A DNA stretch of 64,000 nt from Myxococcales bacterium (GCA_037445065.1 JBBILD010000010.1:1-64000), one strand, 5' to 3'. Shown: positions 52,947 through 63,533, counted from the stretch's first letter. Numbers and translations: made by a program. Notes: a model not told the origin generated them from the letters alone.

Positions 52947-54109
52947 GCGATCGTCGTCGGAGAGAGTTACGCGGCCGGGTTGCAATTGTGGGAGTGGCCG
53001 AATCGGACGAACTCGGCCGCTTGCCGCACAAATCGGCGCTGGCACTGCACATCGAAGCCGCTCACAACGCGCTTGCGGATGCCGGGCTCAGCAAAAAAGA
53101 CGTGGACGCGGTGTTCAGCTCTGGCCGCAACATGGCCAACGAAATCCCGGAGTATTTGGGAATTCGCCCTTGCTTTATCGGTGGGACGCAAATCGGTGGC
53201 TGCTCGTTTCTTTTGCATGTGGAGCACGCCATGGCCGCCATCACTTCCGGGCTTTGCGAAGTGGCACTCATCACCCACGGTGAAAGCGGCTACTCGCGCG
53301 TCGGGATGCCCGCGAATCGGTGGGGCGAGGATTCGAACAACGCCCAGTTCGAGCTCGTGTACGGGCACGCCGGACCGCCCACCGGATACGGACTGGTGGC
53401 CACGCGCCACATGCACGTTTACGGCACCACTAAGGAACAAATGGCAGAAGTGGCGGTGGCGACCCGCAAGTGGGCAGCACTCAATCCCAAGGCGCTCATG
53501 CGTGACCCGATCACCATTGACGACGTTTTGCAATCGCGTCTCATTGCCTGGCCCTTCAACCTGCTCGACTGCTGTTTGGTGACCGACGGCGGCGGTGCGG
53601 TGGTGGTCACCTCCGCGGAGCGCGCGCGCGACCTACCCAAGAAGCCGGTGTACGTGCTCGGCACGGGCGAATGCGTCACGCATCAAATGGTGAGCCAGAT
53701 GCCGAACTTCCACCAGTGGGACGCTGCGATCGTATCCGGTCAGCGCGCCTTCGAGATGGCGGGAGTTCGACCCGCAGATGTGGACGTGGCGGAGCTGTAC
53801 GACGCCTTTACCATCGTGCCGATCCTGGCGCTAGAAGCGCTCGGCTTTTGCAAACCAGGGGAAGGTGGCGCATTCGTTGCCGGACAGCGCACTGCACCGG
53901 GCGGCGAGTTTCCGATGAACACCAATGGCGGCGGGCTTTCTTACACGCACACCGGGATGTACGGGATCTTCACGATCATCGAAGCTGTGCGCCAGCTTCG
54001 CGGTGAGTGCGGGCCACGCCAAGTGGCCAACGCGCGCGTTGCCCTCTGCCATGGCACGGGTGGTACGTGGAGTTCGGCCGCAACGCTGATTCTCTCGACC
54101 GAGCGATAA
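52943..54109 (+). CDS. SCP-2/Ltp2-type thiolase-like protein (DUF35 partner)
   Basis: ATGA overlap with DUF35; VAIVGV, DCCLVTDGG, AELYDAFT, NTNGGGLS, EAVRQLRG. Confidence 0.92.
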   Translation: MSDRRRRELRGRVAIVGVAESDELGRLPHKSALALHIEAAHNALADAGLSKKDVDAVFSSGRNMANEIPEYLGIRPCFIGGTQIGGCSFLLHVEHAMAAITSGLCEVALITHGESGYSRVGMPANRWGEDSNNAQFELVYGHAGPPTGYGLVATRHMHVYGTTKEQMAEVAVATRKWAALNPKALMRDPITIDDVLQSRLIAWPFNLLDCCLVTDGGGAVVVTSAERARDLPKKPVYVLGTGECVTHQMVSQMPNFHQWDAAIVSGQRAFEMAGVRPADVDVAELYDAFTIVPILALEALGFCKPGEGGAFVAGQRTAPGGEFPMNTNGGGLSYTHTGMYGIFTIIEAVRQLRGECGPRQVANARVALCHGTGGTWSSAATLILSTER

Positions 54110-54403
54110 CCAGCGGCGGCAGAGCCCCTCCTTGCCTCATCCGCGAGCGCGCGGAACGCCCAACCGTACGTGCGCCCGAGGCGAACAGCCGTTCTCGTGC
54201 CCCCGACACACCGTCGCATCGGGCACCACGGCACCCAGCCGCACACCTACTCCTTCGCATTTCCATCTACCGAATGGGCACCGCCATCGCCCAACTGCAT
54301 CGTTTGTCTGCTAGAAATCCCGGCCACCGCTTCTCGATTTGTGCAAGCGGGTTCAGAGCAGCAGCGTTGGCGGGGCACCGAGTTTTGGATATCGTTCGCC
54401 CTC

Positions 54404-55660
54404 ATGACTCTTCACGACACCATCGTGAGCCTCTGCCAGCAAGCGCGCTCGGCGGCACGGAGCCTCGCCACTGCGTCCACGACCGCGAAAAACCGCGCCC
54501 TCGAGCGGGTCGCGGCAGCGCTGCGCAGGGACGAGCCGCAGATCCTCGCCGCCAACGAGCGCGACCTGGAAGCGGCGCGCCGCTCGGGCTTGAGTTCGGC
54601 GTTGTTGGATCGCTTGCGTCTCGACCCCAAGCGCATCGAAGCCATGGCGCGCGGCGTGGAGGAGGTGGTTGTGCTGCCCGACCCGGTGGGGGAAACGATT
54701 GCCTGCTGGCGGAGGCCCAACGGTCTCGAGATCGCCCAAGTGCGGATCCCGATTGGCGTGATCGGGATCATTTACGAGGCGCGGCCCAACGTGACCGTCG
54801 ATGCCGCCGCTTTATGTTTAAAGTCGGGGAACGCCGCAGTGCTGAAAGGGGGCTCGGAGGCACAGGGAACCAACCAACAACTCGCTCGCATCGTGGCACA
54901 AGCGGTCGCCGAAGAGGGTTTGCCCGCGGCGAGCGTGCAGCTCCTGCCGACGACGGAGCGAGAGGCCGTGCAGATCCTTTTGCAGCAGTCGCAGTGGCTG
55001 GACGTGATCATACCGCGCGGCGGCGAGAGCCTCATCCGGGTGATCACCGAGATGTCGCGCATTCCCGTGATCCAGCATTACGCCGGAGTCTGCCACACGT
55101 ATGTGGACGAATTCGCCGATCTGAAGATGGCGGAGGAGATTTGCTTCAACGCCAAGGTGCAACGCCCAGGCGTGTGCAACGCCATGGAAAATCTGCTCGT
55201 GCACGCTGCTGTGGCCGAGGCGTTTCTGCCCCAGATGATCCGCCGCTTTCAGCAAGCCGGGGTCGAAATCCGCGGCTGCGAGCGCACGCGCAGCATCGTG
55301 CCAGACGTTCGCCCGGCAAGCGAGGAGGATTGGCGCACCGAGTACCTCGACCTCATTTTGGCGGTAAAGGTGGTCGCCTCTCTCGATGAAGCAATCCGCT
55401 TCATCAACACCTACGGCACGGGCCACTCGGATGCCATCGTCACCAACCACTACGAGCACGCCCGCCGCTTCCAGCAGGAGGTTGATTCGGCAGCCGTTTA
55501 TGTAAACGCGTCCACCCGTTTCACCGACGGCTACGAGTTCGGTTTCGGCGCGGAGATCGGGATTTCTACCAATCGCTTGCACGCGCGCGGTCCGATGGGG
55601 CTGCGGGAACTGACCACCTACAAGTACAACATCCGCGGCAGCGGCCAGATCCGCACCTGA
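54404..55660 (+). CDS. proA: Gamma-glutamyl phosphate reductase
   Basis: PIGVIGIIYEARPNVT, LKGGSEA, CNAME, NASTRFTDG, LHARGPMGL. Confidence 0.97.
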   Translation: MTLHDTIVSLCQQARSAARSLATASTTAKNRALERVAAALRRDEPQILAANERDLEAARRSGLSSALLDRLRLDPKRIEAMARGVEEVVVLPDPVGETIACWRRPNGLEIAQVRIPIGVIGIIYEARPNVTVDAAALCLKSGNAAVLKGGSEAQGTNQQLARIVAQAVAEEGLPAASVQLLPTTEREAVQILLQQSQWLDVIIPRGGESLIRVITEMSRIPVIQHYAGVCHTYVDEFADLKMAEEICFNAKVQRPGVCNAMENLLVHAAVAEAFLPQMIRRFQQAGVEIRGCERTRSIVPDVRPASEEDWRTEYLDLILAVKVVASLDEAIRFINTYGTGHSDAIVTNHYEHARRFQQEVDSAAVYVNASTRFTDGYEFGFGAEIGISTNRLHARGPMGLRELTTYKYNIRGSGQIRT

Positions 55661-55680
55661 GGCAAGCGGAGCCCAGGCGG

Positions 55681-56337
55681 ATGCACGTTGGCATCCTCGG
55701 TGGAAGCTTCAACCCGATTCACCTCGGGCACTTGCGCGTAGCCGAAGAGGTACGCGAAGCGCTGTCTTTGGATCGGGTATTGTTCATTCCAGCCGCCCTG
55801 CCGCCGCACAAAGTCGGACACAAGCTTGCGGCCCCCGCGGACCGCTTGGCCATGGTACGGCTGGCCATTCGCGGCAACCCGTACTTCCGCGCCTCTGTAC
55901 TGGAACTTCAGAGGCAAGGACGTTCCTACTCCGTCGATACGCTGCGCGCACTGCGCCAGAGCCATCCGGAATGGAAGCTGTCGTTTATCGTCGGGCTCGA
56001 CGCCTTCGCCGAAATCGGCACCTGGAAGGAGTATCGCGAGCTGTTCGGCCTCGCCGACTTCGTTGTCGTCTCGCGCCCGGGATTTGCAAACCGCCACCTG
56101 CGCAGGCTGCTTCCGGTTGCCGCTCGTGGTGACTTCTGGTATGCGCCTGACCGCTTGACTCTCGTCCACCGGTCAGGGCACAGGGTGCACTTCCAGACGG
56201 TAACGGGTTTAGACATTTCGGCGAGCGCGATCCGCGAACGGGTCTCCCGCGGCGCCTCGATTCGCTACTTGGTTCCCCCGGCCGTGGAGCGATACATCGC
56301 TGCTCGCGGCCTCTACACGCGGAGGAACAAGCGGTGA
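55681..56337 (+). CDS. nadD: Nicotinate-nucleotide adenylyltransferase
   Basis: GGSFNPIHLGHL, PPHK, SYSVDTL, ISASAIR. Confidence 0.96.
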   Translation: MHVGILGGSFNPIHLGHLRVAEEVREALSLDRVLFIPAALPPHKVGHKLAAPADRLAMVRLAIRGNPYFRASVLELQRQGRSYSVDTLRALRQSHPEWKLSFIVGLDAFAEIGTWKEYRELFGLADFVVVSRPGFANRHLRRLLPVAARGDFWYAPDRLTLVHRSGHRVHFQTVTGLDISASAIRERVSRGASIRYLVPPAVERYIAARGLYTRRNKR

Positions 56338-56735
56338 AGCGAAAGACGTCGAAAGACACCGCGCTGCTGTGTGTGAAGGCGGCGCTCGAGCGCAAGGCGT
56401 ACGACTTGGTCTTGCTCGATGTGAGCAAACTCACTTCCCTGGCCGACTATTTCCTGATTTGTACCGGTCGTTCCGACACCCAAGTGCAAGCAATTGCGCA
56501 AAGCATCGAAGAGGTCCTGGAGCGGGCCGGTGAACGGCCCCTTGCGGTCGAGGGCTTTCAGCACGGACACTGGGTTGTGATGGATTACGGGGATGTAGTC
56601 GTGCACGTGTTTTTCGAACCGGTGCGCCAGTTCTACGATCTCGAGCGGCTGTGGGCAAAAGCCCCGCGCGTTCGCCTGCCGAAGCCATACGCCGACCAGG
56701 TGCGTGAACTGAGCCTCGCCGCCGGCGGGTCCTGA
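56334..56735 (+). CDS. rsfS: Ribosome silencing factor
   Basis: ADYFLICTG, WVVMDYGDVVVHVF...FYDLERLW. Confidence 0.96.
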   Translation: MKRKTSKDTALLCVKAALERKAYDLVLLDVSKLTSLADYFLICTGRSDTQVQAIAQSIEEVLERAGERPLAVEGFQHGHWVVMDYGDVVVHVFFEPVRQFYDLERLWAKAPRVRLPKPYADQVRELSLAAGGS

Positions 56736-56746
56736 CGGAAGCAATC

Positions 56747-58039
56747 ATGAAACGCGCCGTTTTGCTCAGCCTGCCTCTGGTCGCCGTCGTTCTGTACATC
56801 GTCATTTTAAACCAGGGCTCCACCACCGTGACGCTTTGGCCAGAGCGCTCCTTTACCTCGATCACCGGAGTGGTGCTTGCGGGCGCATTCCTGGCTGGAG
56901 TTCTCCTCGCTTTACTGGGTGTGGCACTGCAGGCAAGCGGGCGGGCGTTGCGAGCCTGGCGCGTGGGCCGCCGGGAACGGCGTTCGCTCCGCCTCCACGA
57001 GTGGGAACAAGCGGGGGAACAGCTCCTCTGGGGCGGCGAGATCGCGCGCGGCCGAGCGCTCCTGCAAAAGGTTTGGCAGCGGCGGCCGGAGGACCCGCGT
57101 CCGGCTCTCCTCTTAGCGCAGTCCTATTGCGACACCGGAGAGTTCCATCGCGCGCGCGGCGTACTGGTGGATGCCTCGGTCGTGCACCACTCGGATCCAG
57201 AAGTCCTCTTTGCGCTGGCAGAAGTGCACCGCCTGAGCGGCGAGACGGCACCCCGCATCGAAGTCTTGGAACGGCTGCGCGCCCTCCATCCGCGTTCGGC
57301 GCGCGCCCTTGCTGCGCTGCGAGACGCCTATGCCGCGGCCGGACACTGGACCGATGCGGCCAGCGTGCAGGAAGCCTTCATGGGGCTCTTGCCAGACCCG
57401 GTGCAGGCACAGCGCGAAGGGGAGCGGCTCCAGTCCCTGCGCTACCAAGCCGCCTTGCACATGCCCGACCCACAGGCACGGCTGCAAGCCCTCGAAGCGC
57501 TTGCCGCGAGCCGCAACGTCCCAGCGCCGGTTTACGTTGCCTTGGGCGACGAACTCGCCGCGGCGCAACGACTCGCCGATGCCTCCGCCGTGTGGGAGCG
57601 GGGCCTGCGTGCCAAACCGCAAGGGGTATTTGTGCAGCGCTTGCTCCGTATCGCCACGAGCCCCTCGCACCGCGATCGCATCCGGAACCTGTTGCGAAAA
57701 GTGCGCTCCGATTCCGTGCAGGCCGATGCGGTCCGCCTGTGGGTTGCCGAAACGCACCTCGCCGACGGCAACGCGGAGCCCGCTGCGGCTGAGCTGCAGG
57801 CGGTAGAGGCCCCCGCCATGTTCGCTGCGGACTATGATCGTTTATGGGCACAAGTACACCGCCTGCGCGGGCAAGTGGAGCAGGCGTTGCACTCCTACCA
57901 GCGCGCTTGTGGCGAGGAACCCTTTTTTCAGTGCTCGCAGTGCGAGCGGGTTTCGGCCGATTGGCTCGGCGTCTGCCCGCGCTGCGGTTCTTGGGCGAAG
58001 TACCGCGCTCGCATCGAATTATCGCGCGAACTCGTCTGA
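56747..58039 (+). CDS. LapA-like N-terminus + TPR + rubredoxin-type Zn ribbon (LapB-like)
   Basis: Two TM segments flanking N...VT; TPR helices; C-terminal CSQC...W..VCPRCGSW. Confidence 0.78.
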   Translation: MKRAVLLSLPLVAVVLYIVILNQGSTTVTLWPERSFTSITGVVLAGAFLAGVLLALLGVALQASGRALRAWRVGRRERRSLRLHEWEQAGEQLLWGGEIARGRALLQKVWQRRPEDPRPALLLAQSYCDTGEFHRARGVLVDASVVHHSDPEVLFALAEVHRLSGETAPRIEVLERLRALHPRSARALAALRDAYAAAGHWTDAASVQEAFMGLLPDPVQAQREGERLQSLRYQAALHMPDPQARLQALEALAASRNVPAPVYVALGDELAAAQRLADASAVWERGLRAKPQGVFVQRLLRIATSPSHRDRIRNLLRKVRSDSVQADAVRLWVAETHLADGNAEPAAAELQAVEAPAMFAADYDRLWAQVHRLRGQVEQALHSYQRACGEEPFFQCSQCERVSADWLGVCPRCGSWAKYRARIELSRELV

Positions 58040-58185
58040 GTCCGCCGAGTAGCGCAAGCACACTCCCCGCCCGAGCCCAACCTTCGGGGTCGCTGTCCGC
58101 AACCTTGCGCGCCCCTCAGCCCACCCACCACTTTGTGGACGTCTCGTTTGACTTTCCGCCGGCTTGCGTGAGAAAAAGGCGCGTG

Positions 58186-59493
58186 ATGCGGTGGTGGATG
58201 GTGGCGGGCAGGTGTTCTCTGCGCGCGCAGCGGCAAGACCGCACGCGCTGGCGCCAACGCACGCTTTTGCTCCTCGCTGGGCCGATGGTGTTGCTCCAGG
58301 CAGCACATGGGTGGGCGGAATCGCTGGACGAGGTGACCCGCCAGATTTTGCAAGCGCAGGAGTGGGCCCTGGCCGCGGAACGTGCGGCCCGCTCGGCCGA
58401 AAAGGCGGCACAACGCAGTGGCGATGCCATTCGGGCCGAGCGGCGCGCGGTGTGGCTCAGCCGTACCGCAGAGGCGCTACGCCGCCGTGGCGGCCGCGAG
58501 TTTTTGGCCGCTCGCCGTGGGGCGGAGCTTGCACAACGGGAGCGCGAGGCGATCGCACGCGAAGCCCGCAACTGGGTGCGGCAGGCAGTTGCCGAGTTGG
58601 ACGCTTTGCTGGTGCAACCCGAAACCCTCCGCTCCGCGCTCACCGACGACAGCGGCAAGCCGCTGGCCGCCTCGCAGGAACTGGTGGCCGCCGCCGCGCA
58701 GTTGCACGCCGCCGCCGCGCCCGTACGGGAGGCTCTGTACGAAGTCCAAGCCGTTCAGGTGCGCACGGAACTCCTGCGCTCCCAACTGACGGGCGAGCAA
58801 GCGCAACGCATGGAAGAGTCGTTTACCCGGCGGCGGGCGAGCCTCTTGGAGGCACTGGAAAATTTGACCAGCGCCAGCGAGCGCCTGGCGCGCAGTGCCT
58901 CGGAGCTGACCCGCTGGCGAGACAGCGTACAGCCGGCTGCGCGTCAGCGAACGCGACGAGCAGCCGGACTCGGTTTTGGGGCAGGTGTCGGGATTGGCTT
59001 TCAGGTGGACGTTGGCGGCAAAGAACGGGTCGAGTCCGCTTCGATCGGACCGAACGCGGCGGGCCAGCCGGTCGTGCGGGTGGATCACGACACCGACTCC
59101 ACGCCGCATCTGGTGCTGGAGGCACACTACGTTTTTCCGATTTCCTCTGCCGCCCGGAAGGAAGAGTGGGGGGCCGCGCGCAGCCCGCGGAGCTGCCGGT
59201 GGTGCACCCCGCGTCTAGCCGAGCGCTTGCGCTGGGGCCCATTTGTCGCCGTTCAGCCGGGCGATGACTTTATTGACGCGGTTGGGGCGGGATGGATGGT
59301 GGCCGGCTCAGTGGAAGAACTGCATGAGCGCGGAAGCATCAATATTGGCGTCGGCTACGTTGCCGACCCGAACACGCGCGTGCTTGCCGACGGATTCCGT
59401 GCGGGGGCTCCCCCACCCGCTGGGGAAACCCAGGTGCGATTCAAGCGCGTCACCCAATCGGGTGTGCTGATTTTGCTGAGCTACGGGTTCTGA
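58186..59493 (+). CDS. Hypothetical exported protein: coiled-coil + C-terminal beta-rich domain
   Basis: Signal-like segment, long Ala/Glu/Arg helical region, then amphipathic strands ending in LLSYGF. Confidence 0.65.
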   Translation: MRWWMVAGRCSLRAQRQDRTRWRQRTLLLLAGPMVLLQAAHGWAESLDEVTRQILQAQEWALAAERAARSAEKAAQRSGDAIRAERRAVWLSRTAEALRRRGGREFLAARRGAELAQREREAIAREARNWVRQAVAELDALLVQPETLRSALTDDSGKPLAASQELVAAAAQLHAAAAPVREALYEVQAVQVRTELLRSQLTGEQAQRMEESFTRRRASLLEALENLTSASERLARSASELTRWRDSVQPAARQRTRRAAGLGFGAGVGIGFQVDVGGKERVESASIGPNAAGQPVVRVDHDTDSTPHLVLEAHYVFPISSAARKEEWGAARSPRSCRWCTPRLAERLRWGPFVAVQPGDDFIDAVGAGWMVAGSVEELHERGSINIGVGYVADPNTRVLADGFRAGAPPPAGETQVRFKRVTQSGVLILLSYGF

Positions 59494-60374
59494 GCGCCCT
59501 CCCGCTCTTTTTCCTCGCTTGGCGTGAGAGCTTCCATCTCCACCCGGTACTTTGCGCGTAACTGGGCCAGCGCTCGGTTGCGCGCCTGCTTGCGGGCCTC
59601 TTCGCGCCAGTCTTCCAAAACCCGCTCGCGGATTTCTTCCAGCGGTACGATGCGCGGCGGGCGCGAGTCCTCGAGCCGAACCAGGTGCCAACCAAAGCTC
59701 GACCGTATGGGTCCGGACCAAGTTCCGAACGGCAACGGAGGCAGGGCTTGTGCGAAGCCGGCGCCAAAGGCAGCTTCGACTTCCGCTAGGGACCGATTCC
59801 GCCACACGAGCCCGGGCAAGAAGGGTCGAGAGAGCTTTCCTACCTCCCCACCTCGCTGCAACTCGGCCAATACGGCCGCGGCTCGTTCTGCGGGAGTGTT
59901 TTGCTCTCCTAGAAACACATGGGTGAAGCTGACGCGCCCTGCTTCGCGATAGCGGTGGCGGGAACGCTGCCAGAACGAAAGGAGTTCTTCCGGCCGCTCA
60001 GGCTCTTCCGGCGCCGCCCCTTCGAGCAAGAACTCCATCTTTTGAATGAGCCGGCGGCGCACGATCTCATCATCGCGATCGAGCCCGAGTGCCAGTGCCT
60101 CGCGGTAGAGGATCTCCCGATCCAAAAAGTCGGGCCAGGCGTTACGCACCTCGTCCTCGCTCGGCGCGCGGCCGTTGCGCGCGAGCAGCTCGGCCACGAG
60201 ACGGGCACGCAACTCCTCCCGCGGCGGCAAGGAGGGGCCTGTGTTCTCCCGGCCGCTCCGAGAAGCAGCCAAGGCCAGCGCCGCAAAGCCAAAAAACCAC
60301 GCCGTCGGCTCGCGCAGCAGCGCACGACCCACAGAGCGAATCCAAGCGCGTGTGCGCTCAAGCCGGGAACGCAC
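59481..60374 (-). CDS. PPIC-type rotamase-domain membrane protein
   Basis: LREP..WFF anchor; EILYREALALGLDRDD.IVRRRL.QKMEF; WSGPIRSSFGWHLV; start uncertain. Confidence 0.85.
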   Translation of the reverse strand: MRSRLERTRAWIRSVGRALLREPTAWFFGFAALALAASRSGRENTGPSLPPREELRARLVAELLARNGRAPSEDEVRNAWPDFLDREILYREALALGLDRDDEIVRRRLIQKMEFLLEGAAPEEPERPEELLSFWQRSRHRYREAGRVSFTHVFLGEQNTPAERAAAVLAELQRGGEVGKLSRPFLPGLVWRNRSLAEVEAAFGAGFAQALPPLPFGTWSGPIRSSFGWHLVRLEDSRPPRIVPLEEIRERVLEDWREEARKQARNRALAQLRAKYRVEMEALTPSEEKEREGAQNP

Positions 60375-62034
60375 GTTCCACGAACTGCGCGCTTGCAACC
60401 CCACGCGGCAGCGTCCCAAAGGCCAGGCCATGCCGGCCTTCCAAACGCGACGCGCAAAAGGCAGTGGCCACTGCCGGCTCGGAGTACCGGAGCAACAAGG
60501 AAGCCTGCAACGCCAAAGCCATCCTCTCGACCAAACTCCGCGCTCGCAGCTCGAGATCAGCGAGGTCTTGCAGCTCCTGGCGCAAAGAGTTCACGGCTCG
60601 ATCGAACGCAGGCTCGCCCGCAGCCAGATCCAGTTCTGCAAAGAACGCTTGTACAGACTCAGGCTCTTTGGCCATGGCCCGCAACACGTCCAGACAAATC
60701 ACGTTGCCCGAGCCCTCCCAAATGCCATTGAGAGGAGCTTCGCGGTACAAGCGGGGCAGAACCGATTCCTCCACGTACCCGGCGCCACCCAAACACTCGA
60801 GTGCCTCGGCAACGAACGCGGGAGCGCGTTTGCACACCCAGTATTTGATCACCGCAGTAGCCAGGCGGGCAAAGTGCCGTTCACGCTCGTTTCGGGCTTC
60901 TTCATCGTAAGCGCGAGCCAGGCGCATCATCCCGAGGGTGGCCGCTTCCCACTCCAAACACAGATCAGCGAGCACATTTTGCATCAGCGGCTGTTCCACC
61001 AAGCGCTTGCCAAAAGCAGCGCGGTGGCGGGTGTGGTGGATCGCCTGTACGAGCGCCTGCCGCATGCCAGCAGCCGCGCCAATCGCGCAATCGAGCCGCG
61101 TGTGGTTGACCATCTCGATGATCGTGCGCACCCCGCGGCCCTCTTCGCCCACCATGCGGCCCCAGGCCTGGTCCAGTTCGATTTCGCTCGAAGCATTCGA
61201 GCGATTGCCGAGCTTGTCCTTGAGGCGCTGAATGAAGATCGCATTGCGCTTTCCGTCCGGCCGCCAGCGCGGCACGAGAAAGCAAGAAAGCCCTTTGTCC
61301 GTGTACGCCAGCATCAAGAACACGTCGCTCATCGGTGCCGAGCAGAACCACTTGTGGCCAGTAATCCAGTACGCTGCCCCCGGTCCAGCACTGTCAATCG
61401 GCACGGCGCGTGTGGTGTTGGCACGCACATCCGAGCCGCCCTGCTTCTCGGTCATCGCCATGCCGCACATCACTCCGCGCTTTTCTTCAGCAGGGAGCGA
61501 GCGCGAATCGTACTGGTTGGAGACAATGCGCGGTTCCCACTGCGCCGCCAACTCCGGCTGGTGGCGTAAGGCGGGGACGATCGAGTAGGTCATCGAGATC
61601 GGACATCCGTGCCCGGCCTCTACCTGCGACTGCAAGTAAAACTTGGCCGCACGCGCTACGTGCGCTCCCGCCCGCGGCGTGCGCCAAGGGAGAGCGTGCA
61701 ATTCGTGCTCGACCGCAAGCCGCATGAGCTCGTGATAGGCGGGGTGATATTCCACCTCGTCAATGCGGTTGCCAAAGCGATCGAAGTTGCGCAGCACGGG
61801 TGGGTATGCGTTCGCCCACACGGCCCACTGTTGCGGCTCTCCGGCGAGAACCTCCGCCAGCCTGCGGCAGTCCGCACTTGCCCACCCGGCACCCTGCGTT
61901 TCGAGTGCGCGCTGGAGCACCGGATCCGTGTCGAACGAGTTGTACCCTTCCAGCGGTGGCGGCTGGTTCAGCACCTCGTGCGTCCGATGCGGCGGCACCA
62001 CCAAGTTGCGGGGAACAAAACTGGTTCCTTCCAT
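60358..62034 (-). CDS. aidB: AidB-like acyl-CoA dehydrogenase
   Basis: THEVLNQPPPL, GHGCPISMT, MTEKQGGSDV, KLGNRSNAS, IWEGSGNV. Confidence 0.92.
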   Translation of the reverse strand: MEGTSFVPRNLVVPPHRTHEVLNQPPPLEGYNSFDTDPVLQRALETQGAGWASADCRRLAEVLAGEPQQWAVWANAYPPVLRNFDRFGNRIDEVEYHPAYHELMRLAVEHELHALPWRTPRAGAHVARAAKFYLQSQVEAGHGCPISMTYSIVPALRHQPELAAQWEPRIVSNQYDSRSLPAEEKRGVMCGMAMTEKQGGSDVRANTTRAVPIDSAGPGAAYWITGHKWFCSAPMSDVFLMLAYTDKGLSCFLVPRWRPDGKRNAIFIQRLKDKLGNRSNASSEIELDQAWGRMVGEEGRGVRTIIEMVNHTRLDCAIGAAAGMRQALVQAIHHTRHRAAFGKRLVEQPLMQNVLADLCLEWEAATLGMMRLARAYDEEARNERERHFARLATAVIKYWVCKRAPAFVAEALECLGGAGYVEESVLPRLYREAPLNGIWEGSGNVICLDVLRAMAKEPESVQAFFAELDLAAGEPAFDRAVNSLRQELQDLADLELRARSLVERMALALQASLLLRYSEPAVATAFCASRLEGRHGLAFGTLPRGVASAQFVERAFPA

Positions 62035-62079
62035 GCTCCCTCCGTTACCACGAAGCCTCGAACCGCAACAGGGGATCCC

Positions 62080-62700
62080 TCAGGGCTGCGGAGCCCCACC
62101 GGCTACACTTTGCAAGACTCGATAGCCGTGCCATAGGCGCTGCGCCGCTGTGACCAACCCCAGCAAGCCGTACACGATGCAAAGCGGCGCCAGCCATCGT
62201 GGAAGCAGCAAGGCAACGGTGCAAAACAGCAGCGCCTCGCTGCGCTCGAGGAGACCCGGAGGATACGCGATCAACTTGCCGCTCGGGTGACGGCTGGCCG
62301 CGCCCACCGCCAAAAACACCGTAATGTTCACGTACCACGTGGCGAGCAAAAACAAGGCAGCAGGCTGGACGTCTGGACGCGGCAACGAAAGAGCCAGCAA
62401 CACAGCTCCCTCGACCATTCGATCGAACACGAGGTCCAAGACCCCACCCCAGGGAGTGACCCCTTTGCCGAGCCGTGCCACTCGTCCATCCACTGCGTCC
62501 AAAACTCCGGAGACGACCAGCAACACCCAACCAGCTGCGAACTGCTGGGCCCAGAACAGAGCCGCCGCAGCGAGCCCACTTCCCAGCGCAAGCACGGTAA
62601 GCCAGTTGGCAGCAATCTCACGGCGCACGCAGGCGCGTGCCATTCGGTCGAGCACGCCGCCCACAAGACTCTCCGAGCGGCCCAAATACGTGTCGAGCAT
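62080..62700 (-). CDS. CDP-alcohol phosphatidyltransferase family protein
   Basis: Signature DAVDGRVAR...GGVLDLVFD; multiple TM segments. Confidence 0.9.
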   Translation of the reverse strand: MLDTYLGRSESLVGGVLDRMARACVRREIAANWLTVLALGSGLAAAALFWAQQFAAGWVLLVVSGVLDAVDGRVARLGKGVTPWGGVLDLVFDRMVEGAVLLALSLPRPDVQPAALFLLATWYVNITVFLAVGAASRHPSGKLIAYPPGLLERSEALLFCTVALLLPRWLAPLCIVYGLLGLVTAAQRLWHGYRVLQSVAGGAPQP

Positions 62701-63533
62701 GGAAGCTTGCACTGCCCGATCCGGCGCCAGAAATCCACCGGTGCTCCCCAGTTTGATTTGCTCCCGCGCAGCCCTCCCCAGTTGGCGTCGCACCGTGGCT
62801 CAGCAATTCTGCTGGCAGCCGCTCCCCTGCAGCGCACGGGATCCAACCATGCGACCACGGCAAGCGACCGCCACACAGTGGGGCCATCTACCCGGCCTCG
62901 GCGCGTTTTCCGGGCCAGCATCACCGACTGCGCTGATTGACAACCAACAGCCGGCGGGCCCGCCCGAGCCACACCGCAGCGGTCGTTGCGCCTCGGCTAA
63001 GACGCGATCCCGCGAGGGAACGAGAGAGGCAGCCCACGAACAGAGAAGCGGCGAGTCGCGCCTGGGCAAAACCGACTGGCTGGCACCAACCGTAGCGGTG
63101 GCCACCACACCGTGGTTCTCCCGTTTCTTCAGCGGCCACCAGAGCACGGTCGGGTGCGACGAGCTACGACCGTGACGGTGCGGCCCCGGCGTGTTCTCAG
63201 CATCGCAGGGCACCCGCTGTGACCCGCGATGTTTGCAGCGCACGGGGAGCCGCAGAATTACGGTCGCATGCGCTCCTTCTAGGCCAGCCACCTTCCACGC
63301 AGCACCCGTGTTCGACGCCTGCCCAGCGTGCCACTTGTTTTGGGTCCGGCTTCGCGCCGCTGGCGTTGCCCGCTCCGGCGGGACCGGGCACATCGCGCGA
63401 TGCGGCCTTAGCGACCTGCAATTCTGAAGCCCTTCTCCCAGCGCGAGCTCTTGACCGGCTAGTGCTGCCGCCCTACCCTCGCCGCCATTCTCGCCCCCAA
63501 ATCTACGAGGGCAATGGCAGCAAAGGAGAAACG

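Noticed and set aside
29413..61569. Long antisense or alternate-frame ORFs (e.g. 29413-30579, 31139-32341, 33256-34431, 47044-48306, 54007-55389, 60175-61569)
   Set aside because: Shadow ORFs over well-supported genes, expected at high GC; no recognisable motifs.
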